DNA of 44,573 nucleotides from Thermodesulfovibrionales bacterium (GTDB lineage: Bacteria > Nitrospirota > Thermodesulfovibrionia > Thermodesulfovibrionales > CALJEL01), in the NCBI GenBank assembly GCA_046292975.1, contig JBKBPW010000002.1, forward strand, positions 1 through 44,573. Direction: 5' to 3'. Position numbers and translations under genes: made by a program. Positions 1-7,552 of the stretch are shown here, piece by piece. The notes under the pieces were generated by a model that worked only from the letters and a program-made list of their open reading frames with translations, had not been told where the DNA came from and ran no database searches. Numbering within the stretch: the first letter of the stretch is position 1; each line of letters starts with the position of its first letter.

Positions 1-1347
1 ACAGTAACAATTGATGGTGAGAATGCAAAGGATTTTGACGATGCTATATCCATAAGAATGGTTAACGATGGTTATCTGCTCTATGTTCACATAGCTGATG
101 TGGGATATTTTGTTTCATGGGATACACCTCTGGATAAAGAAGCAAGGAAAAGAGGGACAAGTGTATATTTCCCTGATAGGGCTATTCCAATGCTACCAAA
201 GGAGCTTTCAGAAGATATATGCAGTCTAAGGCCAGAGCAAGAACGGGCTGCCTTTACAGTGGAGATGCTTTTTAATGAAAAAGGTGAAAGGCTTCATGCA
301 AATTTCTATCCATCTATAATTAAAAGCAGGGCAAGGCTCACCTATACCTCTGTAAAAAAGATGCTCATAGATAAAGATCCATCAGAACGGGCAAAATATA
401 ATTCACTTCTTCCTTATCTTGAGCTTATGGAAGGCCTTGCAAGGCTTCTGAGGGAAAAAAGGATTGAAAGGGGCAGTCTGGATTTTGACCTGCCAGAGCC
501 AGAGGTAATACTTGATATTCAAGGGAGACCTGAAAACATTATAAAGGCAGAAAGGACCTTTGCCCATATGATCATAGAGGAATTCATGATTGCAGCCAAT
601 GAGGCAGTAGCAGAATATCTTGAGGGTCTTGGCGTTCCCTGTCTTTACAGGATTCATGAAAAACCTGATCCATTGAAGATGGAAGAGCTTTCAAAGATTA
701 TAAGGAATCTCACAGGCAAAAAGATTTTAAAGGCATCTTATTTCCCTTTACTCATAAAGGAGATGAAAGGGACTCCTCAGGAAGAGCTTGTAAATTATAT
801 CCTTCTCAGGAGCCTCAAACAGGCAAGATACTCTCCAGAGAATGTGGGGCACTTTGGACTCGCCTCAAAATGCTATGCTCACTTCACATCACCGATCAGG
901 AGATATCCTGACCTTGTTGTCCACAGAATACTCAGGGATGTTATCCTTGGGAGGCTGGAAGATAATAGAATTAAATATCTTGAAGAGATTCTTCCACCTA
1001 TTGCCTTCCATGCATCAAGGATGGAAAGACTTGCTGATGAGGCAGAAAGAACCGTGATAGATGCCATGAGGGTATGGTTTATGAAGGATAAGATTGGAGA
1101 TGAATTCACAGGAAACATCATCTCCATAACCCCCTATGGCATACGCGTACGATTAAAGGACTTTTATGTTGAAGGATTTCTCCATGTCTCCTTCATGACT
1201 GATGACTTTTATGTATATGACGAGAGGTCACTCACTTTGAGCGGCAGAAGGACCAAAAGGACATTAAGACTCGGAGATGAATTGAAGGTGAGGATTGAAA
1301 GGATCGATGAAGTGGAGAGGGAGATTATTCTGGGGATAGCCCAGTAA
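1..1347 (+). CDS. rnr: Ribonuclease R (3'-5' exoribonuclease, RNB + S1 domains), 5'-truncated by window edge
   Basis: Frame 1 is open from nt 1 (TVTIDGENAKDFDDAIS...). RNB-domain motifs are present (DFDDA, HFGLAS..YAHFTSPIRRYPDL). The C-terminus is an S1-like domain (GNIISITPYGIRVRL...). Confidence 0.9.
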   Translation, partial: TVTIDGENAKDFDDAISIRMVNDGYLLYVHIADVGYFVSWDTPLDKEARKRGTSVYFPDRAIPMLPKELSEDICSLRPEQERAAFTVEMLFNEKGERLHANFYPSIIKSRARLTYTSVKKMLIDKDPSERAKYNSLLPYLELMEGLARLLREKRIERGSLDFDLPEPEVILDIQGRPENIIKAERTFAHMIIEEFMIAANEAVAEYLEGLGVPCLYRIHEKPDPLKMEELSKIIRNLTGKKILKASYFPLLIKEMKGTPQEELVNYILLRSLKQARYSPENVGHFGLASKCYAHFTSPIRRYPDLVVHRILRDVILGRLEDNRIKYLEEILPPIAFHASRMERLADEAERTVIDAMRVWFMKDKIGDEFTGNIISITPYGIRVRLKDFYVEGFLHVSFMTDDFYVYDERSLTLSGRRTKRTLRLGDELKVRIERIDEVEREIILGIAQ

Positions 1348-1391
1348 AATTTCATTTGACTCTTTTTGTATTTAATGGTATATTTTAAATC

Positions 1392-2105
1392 ATGGTTGTA
1401 TTCTTGATAATATTTTTAATATTACAGCCAGCAGGTCTTTTTGCCGATATTTATAAGTATATTGATGATAATGGTACGATATGTTTTACAGACTCGCCTC
1501 CCAGAGGCAAAAAGACAAAGCCTATCTATTCTGAAAGATATAAACATAAGAAAGAAAAAAATAATACATATAATAAATCTTCCATTATCCTTACATCTAC
1601 AAAAAAATCAACGCCACCAACATACCAGAGGCTTGTCTACGAGATAGCAAGTGAATATTCATTAGATCCTACTCTAATAAAGGCAGTTATAACAGCAGAG
1701 TCCAATTGGGATCCCTTTGCTATTTCAAAAAAAGGGGCTATGGGGCTCATGCAGCTCATGCCAAGTACAGCACAGGCATTAAATGTAAAAAATCCCTATG
1801 ACCCTGAAGAAAATATCAGGGCAGGGATAAGGTATCTTAAATATCTCCTTAATAAATTCAATGGAGATCTTGTCCTTGCTATTGCTGCCTATAATGCCGG
1901 GCCATCTATTGTAGAAAGATTCGGCAAGATACCGCCAATAAATGAGACCCTTCAGTATGTAAAGAAGGTTCTTTATTTAAGCGGTTATAATAAAAATTTA
2001 GATCTAAAAAAACCTGTGAGAAAAAAAGAAGAGATATATATGATAAGACTTGCGGATGGTTCTATATTATATACAAACTCAGGTTTTATGAGTTCTCCTC
2101 ACTGA
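1392..2105 (+). CDS. Lytic transglycosylase (DUF4124-like N-terminus + SLT domain)
   Basis: Hydrophobic N-terminus, then YKYIDDNGTICFTDSPP (DUF4124-like). SLT motifs follow: AESNWDPFAISKKGAMGLMQLMPSTA and AAYNAGP. Confidence 0.85.
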   Translation: MVVFLIIFLILQPAGLFADIYKYIDDNGTICFTDSPPRGKKTKPIYSERYKHKKEKNNTYNKSSIILTSTKKSTPPTYQRLVYEIASEYSLDPTLIKAVITAESNWDPFAISKKGAMGLMQLMPSTAQALNVKNPYDPEENIRAGIRYLKYLLNKFNGDLVLAIAAYNAGPSIVERFGKIPPINETLQYVKKVLYLSGYNKNLDLKKPVRKKEEIYMIRLADGSILYTNSGFMSSPH

Positions 2106-2108
2106 TGG

Positions 2109-2197
2109 GTAATCAGTAATCCGTGATGCGTGATCGGTTAAAAACACATTACGCATAACGCATCATCTATAACACATTACGCATAACCCATCACGAG
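2109..2197. repeat. Inverted arrays of 7-nt units (GTRATNN x4, centre GTTAAAAAC, complementary units x7)
   Basis: Left side reads gtaatca gtaatcc gtgatgc gtgatcg. Right side reads acattac gcataac gcatcat ctataac acattac gcataac ccatcac. The motif acacattacgcataac occurs twice. Confidence 0.75.
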
Positions 2198-2223
2198 ATT
2201 TTTAAATTTATTCTGGAGGTATT

Positions 2224-3210
2224 TTGAAAGAAGACATTGAATATATAAAAGAAGAGATATCAAAACTTAAAAAAGAAAGAAATGCCCTCATACTCTCCCA
2301 TAATTATCAGAGGGAAGAGGTTCAGGATATAGCAGATTTTGTGGGAGATTCCCTTGAACTATCAAGGACTGCGGCTACAAAAAGATGCGATGTCCTTGTA
2401 TTCTGCGGTGTGGATTTCATGGCAGAAAGTGCCTCAATCCTATCACCGGAGAAAACCGTTCTACTTCCTGAATTGAATGCAAACTGTCCAATGGCTGCAA
2501 TGGTTACGGTGGACAGACCAAGAAGCATCTGGAAGAGTTTCCCGGGATATGAGATACAGCCATCACTTGTCTATCCCATTGAATTTACCCTGAGAGACAT
2601 GAAGAGGCTTCATCCCGATGCACCTGTAGTTGCCTATGTAAATACCACAGCAGAGGTAAAGGCTGAAAGTGATATATGCTGCACCTCAGCAAATGTGGTA
2701 AAGGTAATAGAATCCTTGCCTGATGAAAAGGTGATATGCATACCTGATAGAAATCTTGCAATGTGGGCACAAAAGAATACAAAAAAGAAGGTCATAGCAT
2801 GGGATGGATTCTGCCATGTGCATGACAGGGTAACAAGGGATGATGTCCTGAAGGCAAGGAAAGAATATCCAAAGGCTATCTTTATGGCACATCCAGAATG
2901 CAGGCCTGAAGTCCTTGAGCTTGCTGATGTTGTTACAAGCACCTCAGGGATGCTCAGATTTGCAAGGAATTCATCAGAAAAGGAATTTATAGTTGGAACA
3001 GAAATTGGCCTCATGAACAGATTAAGAAAAGAAAATCCTGATAAAGTCTTTCATCCCTTAAGAAAGGATATGATATGTCCAAACATGAAAAAAATAACCC
3101 TCAAAAGTGTCCTGAGGGCCCTGAGGGAGATGTCTCACATAATAAAAGTATCAGAAGGGATCAGGATACCCGCAAAAAGGGCACTTGACAGGATGTTAGA
3201 GATCTCGTGA
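2224..3210 (+). CDS. nadA: Quinolinate synthase NadA
   Basis: TTG start preceded by GGAGG. NadA motifs: ILSHNYQ, FVGDSL, CPMAAM, VAYVNTTAEVKA, CTSANVVK, GFCHVH, MAHPEC, TSTSGM. Confidence 0.9.
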   Translation: MKEDIEYIKEEISKLKKERNALILSHNYQREEVQDIADFVGDSLELSRTAATKRCDVLVFCGVDFMAESASILSPEKTVLLPELNANCPMAAMVTVDRPRSIWKSFPGYEIQPSLVYPIEFTLRDMKRLHPDAPVVAYVNTTAEVKAESDICCTSANVVKVIESLPDEKVICIPDRNLAMWAQKNTKKKVIAWDGFCHVHDRVTRDDVLKARKEYPKAIFMAHPECRPEVLELADVVTSTSGMLRFARNSSEKEFIVGTEIGLMNRLRKENPDKVFHPLRKDMICPNMKKITLKSVLRALREMSHIIKVSEGIRIPAKRALDRMLEIS

Positions 3211-3797
3211 AGAAATTTATCCTTGCCATAACAGGTGCAAGCGGAACAAGGTTAGGGCTCAGACTCCTTGCAGAACTCAGCAAAAAAGCTGAGGTGTATC
3301 TTGTTATTTCTACTTCAGCAATGACAATCCTGAAAGAAGAGGACAGAATAGACCTCATTGAGAAAAATAAGGAAGAGATCCTGAGGACACTTTCAGGTTT
3401 TATAAACGGAAGGGTGTATTATTTTGCTGAAAAGGAACTTGATGCCCCCATAGCCAGCGGTTCCTTCAGGACAGATGGCATGTTTATAGTACCCTGTTCA
3501 ATGAAGACCCTTTCTGCCATCAGCAACGGTTATGCCTCTAATCTTATAGAAAGGGCTGCTGATGTAATAATAAAGGAGAAGAGGCCACTTATTATCGCTC
3601 CAAGAGAAATGCCCTTTAGCCCTTTACATCTTGAAAATATGCTTAAACTATCAAGGCTCGGGGTGATAATAGCTCCTCCTGTGCCTGCCTTTTATCACAG
3701 GCCTGAAAATCTTGATCAACTAATTAATTTTATCATAGGCAAACTCCTTGATGAGCTCTCGATAGAGCATAACCTCTATAAAAGGTGGAGACAATAA
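3207..3797 (+). CDS. ubiX: Flavin prenyltransferase UbiX
   Basis: GTG start overlaps the nadA stop (GTGA). Motifs: ITGASG near the N-terminus, FIVPCSMKTLSAISNGYASNLIERAADV and PREMP. Confidence 0.9.
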   Translation: MKKFILAITGASGTRLGLRLLAELSKKAEVYLVISTSAMTILKEEDRIDLIEKNKEEILRTLSGFINGRVYYFAEKELDAPIASGSFRTDGMFIVPCSMKTLSAISNGYASNLIERAADVIIKEKRPLIIAPREMPFSPLHLENMLKLSRLGVIIAPPVPAFYHRPENLDQLINFIIGKLLDELSIEHNLYKRWRQ

Positions 3798-3849
3798 GAT
3801 AGGGCATAGAATGTTTGAAATACACCTTTTAGACATTTACCCCTTCTCA

Positions 3850-4065
3850 AGTGCGACCGAGCGATAGTATTTAGTGCGACCGTGCGACTGTCGCACTGTA
3901 GCACAGTCGCACTGTAGCACTCTGTCGCCTTCAGCCTATTCACCCCTTCACCGATTCACCTCTTCACCAATTCACCAACTTAAACCTATCGCCTTAAGCC
4001 TAATTTCTTGTCGCATTGTAAAGGCCTTGAGGCAGCTTGCCCTTTTTGTATCGGCAATTTACAGT
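3850..4065. repeat. Composite low-complexity intergenic element (CAGTGCGAC block, TTCACC block, two conserved boxes)
   Basis: Contains the palindrome gtgcgac-t-gtcgcac at 3882-3896 and repeated ttcacc units. Box TTGTCGC..TAAAGGCCTTGAGGCA lies at 4008-4034. Box TATCGGCAATTTACAGT lies at 4049-4065. The same modules recur at other loci in the window. Confidence 0.8.
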
Positions 4066-4230
4066 TCTTATAAGCCTTGACCTTGAGAGTTTTATGAGTC
4101 TGTTGTTTTTCACCCTTTCAAATTTCTTTGCCTTAAGATATTGTCCTGCCAATCTTCTTAACAGTTCCATTTCAAACTCCTTTGATATATTTTGTCCTCC
4201 CTGGCTTAAAATTTATTTCCAGGGGATTAT

Positions 4231-4295
4231 AATTTCACGGACAGAGTATTTTGATCTAACCAGTTAAATTTCACGGACATTTTTTATGATCTAAC
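4231..4295 (+). promoter_or_regulatory. Direct repeat (two ~30-nt units, 36-nt period) upstream of the orphan cytochrome gene; candidate transcription-factor site
   Basis: Unit 1 (4231-4260) is aatttcacggaca-N9-gatctaac. Unit 2 (4267-4295) is aatttcacggaca-N8-gatctaac. The 13-nt and 8-nt blocks are identical between units. Confidence 0.4.
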
Positions 4296-4403
4296 GCGAA
4301 TGATTAACATCTTTAAAATCACTGTATTATGATTATTCATCTTCAGGGGGAAAATGAAGGGCTTTGCCCTGTTTAATAATTTATAAACTAAGGGAGGTGT
4401 TTC

Positions 4404-5036
4404 ATGAGAGTTCTTTCTATTGTGTTCCTGATCCTTTTAATCCCTGTTATTGTCCATGGTGCTGGCAAACATGAGCTTCTCAATTGCACAGGTTGTCATG
4501 GCATCCACACTGCAAAGGGAGACATTATCTTTGCAGTGGAGCCCAACAAAAAGGCACTCAATCCTAAAACAAAGGCACCTTATACTGGTGTTACTGCACT
4601 ATGCCTCGGATGTCATGAAACCCCTGAGAGAGGAGGTGCAGGTATAGCACCTGTTTCAGGTGCAATGAGTCATCCATTCAGCGTAACACCTAATCCAAAG
4701 GTTGCAACAGTGCCTCAGGAACTTTTAAGGGATGGAAAGCTTGAATGCTCTGGATGTCATGATCCCCATCCATCAAATACTAATTATAAATATCTGAGGG
4801 TGGATACAAAGGGTGGAAAGGATATGGAGGTCTTCTGTGCAGTCTGTCATCCTTCAAAGGCTGAAAAGGCTCCAAAGGAAGTAAAGCTATTTGACAGCAT
4901 GGATGAGAGAAAGTTTGCTGAAAAACCTGGCCAGCCAGCAGCACCCGCTCCACAGCCAAAAAAAGACTCAGTAAGCATAATCTTAAAATACAGGGGGTGC
5001 ATTGCACCCCCCTGTAAGAATCTCTATGAAATTTAG
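4404..5036 (+). CDS. Tetraheme c-type cytochrome, secreted (paired-CXXCH type)
   Basis: GGGAGG RBS and a signal peptide (MRVLSIVFLILLIPVIVHGAG). Four CxxCH motifs: CTGCH, CLGCH, CSGCH, CAVCH. Pro/Ala-rich C-terminal tail. Confidence 0.8.
   Translation: MRVLSIVFLILLIPVIVHGAGKHELLNCTGCHGIHTAKGDIIFAVEPNKKALNPKTKAPYTGVTALCLGCHETPERGGAGIAPVSGAMSHPFSVTPNPKVATVPQELLRDGKLECSGCHDPHPSNTNYKYLRVDTKGGKDMEVFCAVCHPSKAEKAPKEVKLFDSMDERKFAEKPGQPAAPAPQPKKDSVSIILKYRGCIAPPCKNLYEI
4990..5015. terminator. GC-rich hairpin between convergent genes (candidate bidirectional terminator), inside the 3' end of the cytochrome ORF
   Basis: Sequence is a-cagggggtgca-t-tgcacccccctg-t. It lies 20 nt before the overlapping stop codons of the two convergent CDSs. 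Confidence 0.45.
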
Positions 5037-6457
5037 ATATTCCTGTTTAAAACCATCAATCTCAATTCCGTCATTTCCTCTATTGCATATCTAAGTCCTT
5101 CTCTTCCGCTCCCCGACCCCTTTACTCCACCATAGGGCATGTGATCAATCCTGTAGGTTGGTATATCATTAATGATCACTCCACCAACCTCAAGGTTCTC
5201 AAAGGCATAAAAGGCATTCTGAATATTGTTAGTAAACACACCTGCCTGAAGACCATAGATTGAGTCATTTATTGCCTTTACACCTTCTTCAAAGGTCTTC
5301 ACCTCTGTAACTGTAACAACAGGTCCAAAGACCTCCTCACAGCTTATCCTCATATCAGGCTTAACATTGGTAATTACCGTGGGTTCATAAAAATTTCCTT
5401 TTCTCCTGCCTCCACAGAGAAGCCTTGCACCATTATCCAATGCCTCGTTAACCCATTCTTCAATCCTCCTGGCATTTTCCTCATCAATCATTGGACATAT
5501 CTGGACAGACTCATCAAAAGGATCTCCCATCTTAAGGGAGGCAACGCTTTTTAAAAAACCTTCAAGAAATCTATCATAAATATCCCTGTGCACATAAATC
5601 CGCTGGACAGAAATACATATCTGCCCCGCATAGGAGAATGCACCGGTGACAGTTCTTTTAATTGCATATTCAAGGTTGCAATCCCTGTCTATCAAAACAC
5701 CTGCATTACCGCCAAGCTCAAGAAGTACCTTTTTATCAAAGGCAAGTTTTTTTAATTTCCAGCCAACTGAAGCACTTCCTGTAAAACTCAGGACTTTGAT
5801 TCTCTTGTCTGTTATAAATTCTTCTACAATCTTAGAAGGGCATGGAAGGATGCTCAGACAGCCCTCTGGTATTCCAGCCTCTATAAGAAGTTCTCCAAGC
5901 CTGACAGCTGTAAGTGGAGTTTTTGAAGAAGGCTTGATAATAACAGGATTCCCGGCTGCAATAGCAGGAGCTATTTTATGGGCAACAAGATTCAAAGGGA
6001 AATTAAAAGGTGTGATTCCAAGGACTACTCCGAGGGGAAACCTTGTTATTATACCCCATCTTCTTTCAGAAAACTGATTCCTGTCAAGCCTTATAAAATC
6101 TCCTTTTATCCTTGAGGCCTCTTCCGAGGCAATTCTGAATGTAAGGGAAGCCCTCTCAACCTCTGTGCGTGATTCAATAATGGGTTTTCCATTCTCAAGC
6201 GTAATAGTCTTTGCAAATTCCTCCTTTCTCTGTAAAAGCATCTCAGCAATCTTCTGAAGTATTTCTGACTTTCTATAAGAAGGGAGCCCTGCCATCAGCC
6301 TTTCAGAACCGGAAGCCTCTTCAACTGCCCTTTCAAAGACTTCTCTGGATACCTCTGAAACACTGGCAATCACCTCTCCAGAATAAGGATTCTTTACTTC
6401 AATATAATTGTCAGAGATAAATCTCTTAGAGCCTATTATGGCTGGAATAACACTCAT
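5033..6457 (-). CDS. NAD(P)+-dependent aldehyde dehydrogenase family protein (GapN / lactaldehyde dehydrogenase-like)
   Basis: 474 aa. ALDH motifs: FTGSASVG, catalytic ELGGNAG and a catalytic Cys in FSYAGQICISVQR, and EEVFGPV. Confidence 0.88.
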   Translation of the reverse strand: MSVIPAIIGSKRFISDNYIEVKNPYSGEVIASVSEVSREVFERAVEEASGSERLMAGLPSYRKSEILQKIAEMLLQRKEEFAKTITLENGKPIIESRTEVERASLTFRIASEEASRIKGDFIRLDRNQFSERRWGIITRFPLGVVLGITPFNFPLNLVAHKIAPAIAAGNPVIIKPSSKTPLTAVRLGELLIEAGIPEGCLSILPCPSKIVEEFITDKRIKVLSFTGSASVGWKLKKLAFDKKVLLELGGNAGVLIDRDCNLEYAIKRTVTGAFSYAGQICISVQRIYVHRDIYDRFLEGFLKSVASLKMGDPFDESVQICPMIDEENARRIEEWVNEALDNGARLLCGGRRKGNFYEPTVITNVKPDMRISCEEVFGPVVTVTEVKTFEEGVKAINDSIYGLQAGVFTNNIQNAFYAFENLEVGGVIINDIPTYRIDHMPYGGVKGSGSGREGLRYAIEEMTELRLMVLNRNI

Positions 6458-6459
6458 TT

Positions 6460-7122
6460 TTATAACCTCCCGTATACAATCAAATGCCTGTCACTTGAAT
6501 CTTTTACCTCTAAATGCCCCAGACCTGTATTTTTGAGCTGTTCTTTTACCTCATCCACTGTAAAGGCAGCAAGAAGTGAGTTATAAAAATCCCTCTTCAA
6601 TATCTCTGGTTCATTTCCTGAATAGGTCTCAACGATCCTCTGTGCCTCTTCTCTTGTAAAAGGTCTCTTCAGGTCCCTTATAAATACAATGGTACCCTCC
6701 CTTGAGAACCTCTTTACCGTGTTCCACAATATCAGGGGTTCATGTAGATGATGAAGCAGACTGTTACTGATAATGACATCATAACAATCCAGCGGAGGAT
6801 TTATATCAGGAATAGTTGCCTTAATAAAAATTAATCTTGATTTTACTTCAGGCATTTCTGAAAGAAAATTAGTGGCAATTCTTATCATCTCCTTTGAACC
6901 ATCAATGGCATGGACAATACAATCTGGAAAGGCCTTTGCAAACCTGAAGGATATATTTCCTGGACCGCAACCAAGGTCAAGGACATATCCTTTCATATCT
7001 GAACCGAATTGCTCCATAAAAAGCCTCATGAACTGACCATCAGGTTCTGAAAAATCTGCCATTGCATAGGCAAGAACCTGCCCGGGTTCGTCCATCAACT
7101 CCGGCTCAGGAATTCGTTCCAT
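6460..7122 (-). CDS. Class I SAM-dependent methyltransferase
   Basis: Motif I VLDLGCGPG, plus post-I/II acidic residues (HAIDGS, IISNSLLHHL). Confidence 0.85.
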   Translation of the reverse strand: MERIPEPELMDEPGQVLAYAMADFSEPDGQFMRLFMEQFGSDMKGYVLDLGCGPGNISFRFAKAFPDCIVHAIDGSKEMIRIATNFLSEMPEVKSRLIFIKATIPDINPPLDCYDVIISNSLLHHLHEPLILWNTVKRFSREGTIVFIRDLKRPFTREEAQRIVETYSGNEPEILKRDFYNSLLAAFTVDEVKEQLKNTGLGHLEVKDSSDRHLIVYGRL

Positions 7123-7143
7123 GGATAAATTATATCAGAATGA

Positions 7144-7430
7144 CTACAGTGCGACTGTGCTACATGGGCTTAAGGCTATAGGCTTAAGGATTTTAGGCTT
7201 AAGGCTTAAGGCTTTAGGATTTTAGGCGTTAGGCGATAGGGGAGAGGCTCGCAGCCTACTTTCTTCAGCCTTCAGCCTATAGCCTTCAGCCTTCAGCCTA
7301 TAGCCTATAGCCTACAGCCTATAGCCTACAGCCTACAGCCTACTTCCTTCAGCCTTCAGCCTGTAGCCTATTTCCTTCAGCCCCTTCACCCATTCACCTA
7401 TTCACCCATCATTCAGCCTTATCACCTTGC
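7144..7430. repeat. Large imperfect palindrome built from in-phase heptamers
   Basis: 12 consecutive heptamers of GGCTTAA/GGCTATA/AGGCTTA type occupy 7167-7250. The centre AGGCTCGCAGCCT lies at 7245-7257. 17 consecutive heptamers of TTCAGCC/TATAGCC/TACAGCC type occupy 7264-7382. TTCACC units follow. Confidence 0.9.
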
Positions 7431-7432
7431 TA

Positions 7433-7462
7433 TTGACACTTTGTCTTTAAAGTTGTTATAAA
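7433..7462 (+). promoter_or_regulatory. Candidate sigma70-type promoter for tRNA-Ala
   Basis: TTGACA at 7433-7438, a 17/18-nt spacer, then TTATAA/TATAAA at 7456-7462. This is about 10 nt upstream of the tRNA 5' end. Confidence 0.4.
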
Positions 7463-7472
7463 TAAATAAGTT

Positions 7473-7548
7473 GGGGCTGTAGCTCAGTTGGGAGAGCGTC
7501 TGAATGGCATTCAGAAGGTCGGCGGTTCGATCCCGCTCAGCTCCACCA
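7473..7548 (+). tRNA. tRNA-Ala(GGC): tRNA-Ala, anticodon GGC, encoded CCA
   Basis: 76 nt. Acceptor stem GGGGCTG/CAGCTCC with the G3:U70 Ala identity pair. D-arm GCTCAGTTGGGAGAGC. Anticodon stem-loop TCTGA-ATGGCAT-TCAGA. T-arm GGCGGTTCGATCCCGCT. Ends in CCA. Confidence 0.95.
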
Positions 7549-7552
7549 TTTT

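Noticed and set aside
3874-4267. ORFs 3874-4080 and 4037-4267 (68 and 76 aa) in the ubiX-cytochrome gap
   Set aside because: They translate the low-complexity repeat element (for example HCSTLSPSAYSPLHRFTSSPIHQ). They have no RBS and no recognisable domain, so they are most likely artefacts of repeat sequence lacking stop codons.
4296-4403. A c-di-GMP/cGAMP (GEMM-type) riboswitch upstream of the cytochrome gene, as seen in Geobacter
   Set aside because: I could not find the conserved GEMM features (paired P1/P2 helices with GNRA tetraloop/receptor and conserved ACGCAAA-like segments) in the 5' leader. Only a short local hairpin (AGGGC-TTTG-CCCT) is present.
7144-7430. Possible CRISPR array, given the dense short repeats
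   Set aside because: The units are only 7 nt long and directly abut one another with no spacers. The two halves are reverse complements of each other. No cas genes or leader are nearby. This is a tandem/inverted heptamer array, not a CRISPR.
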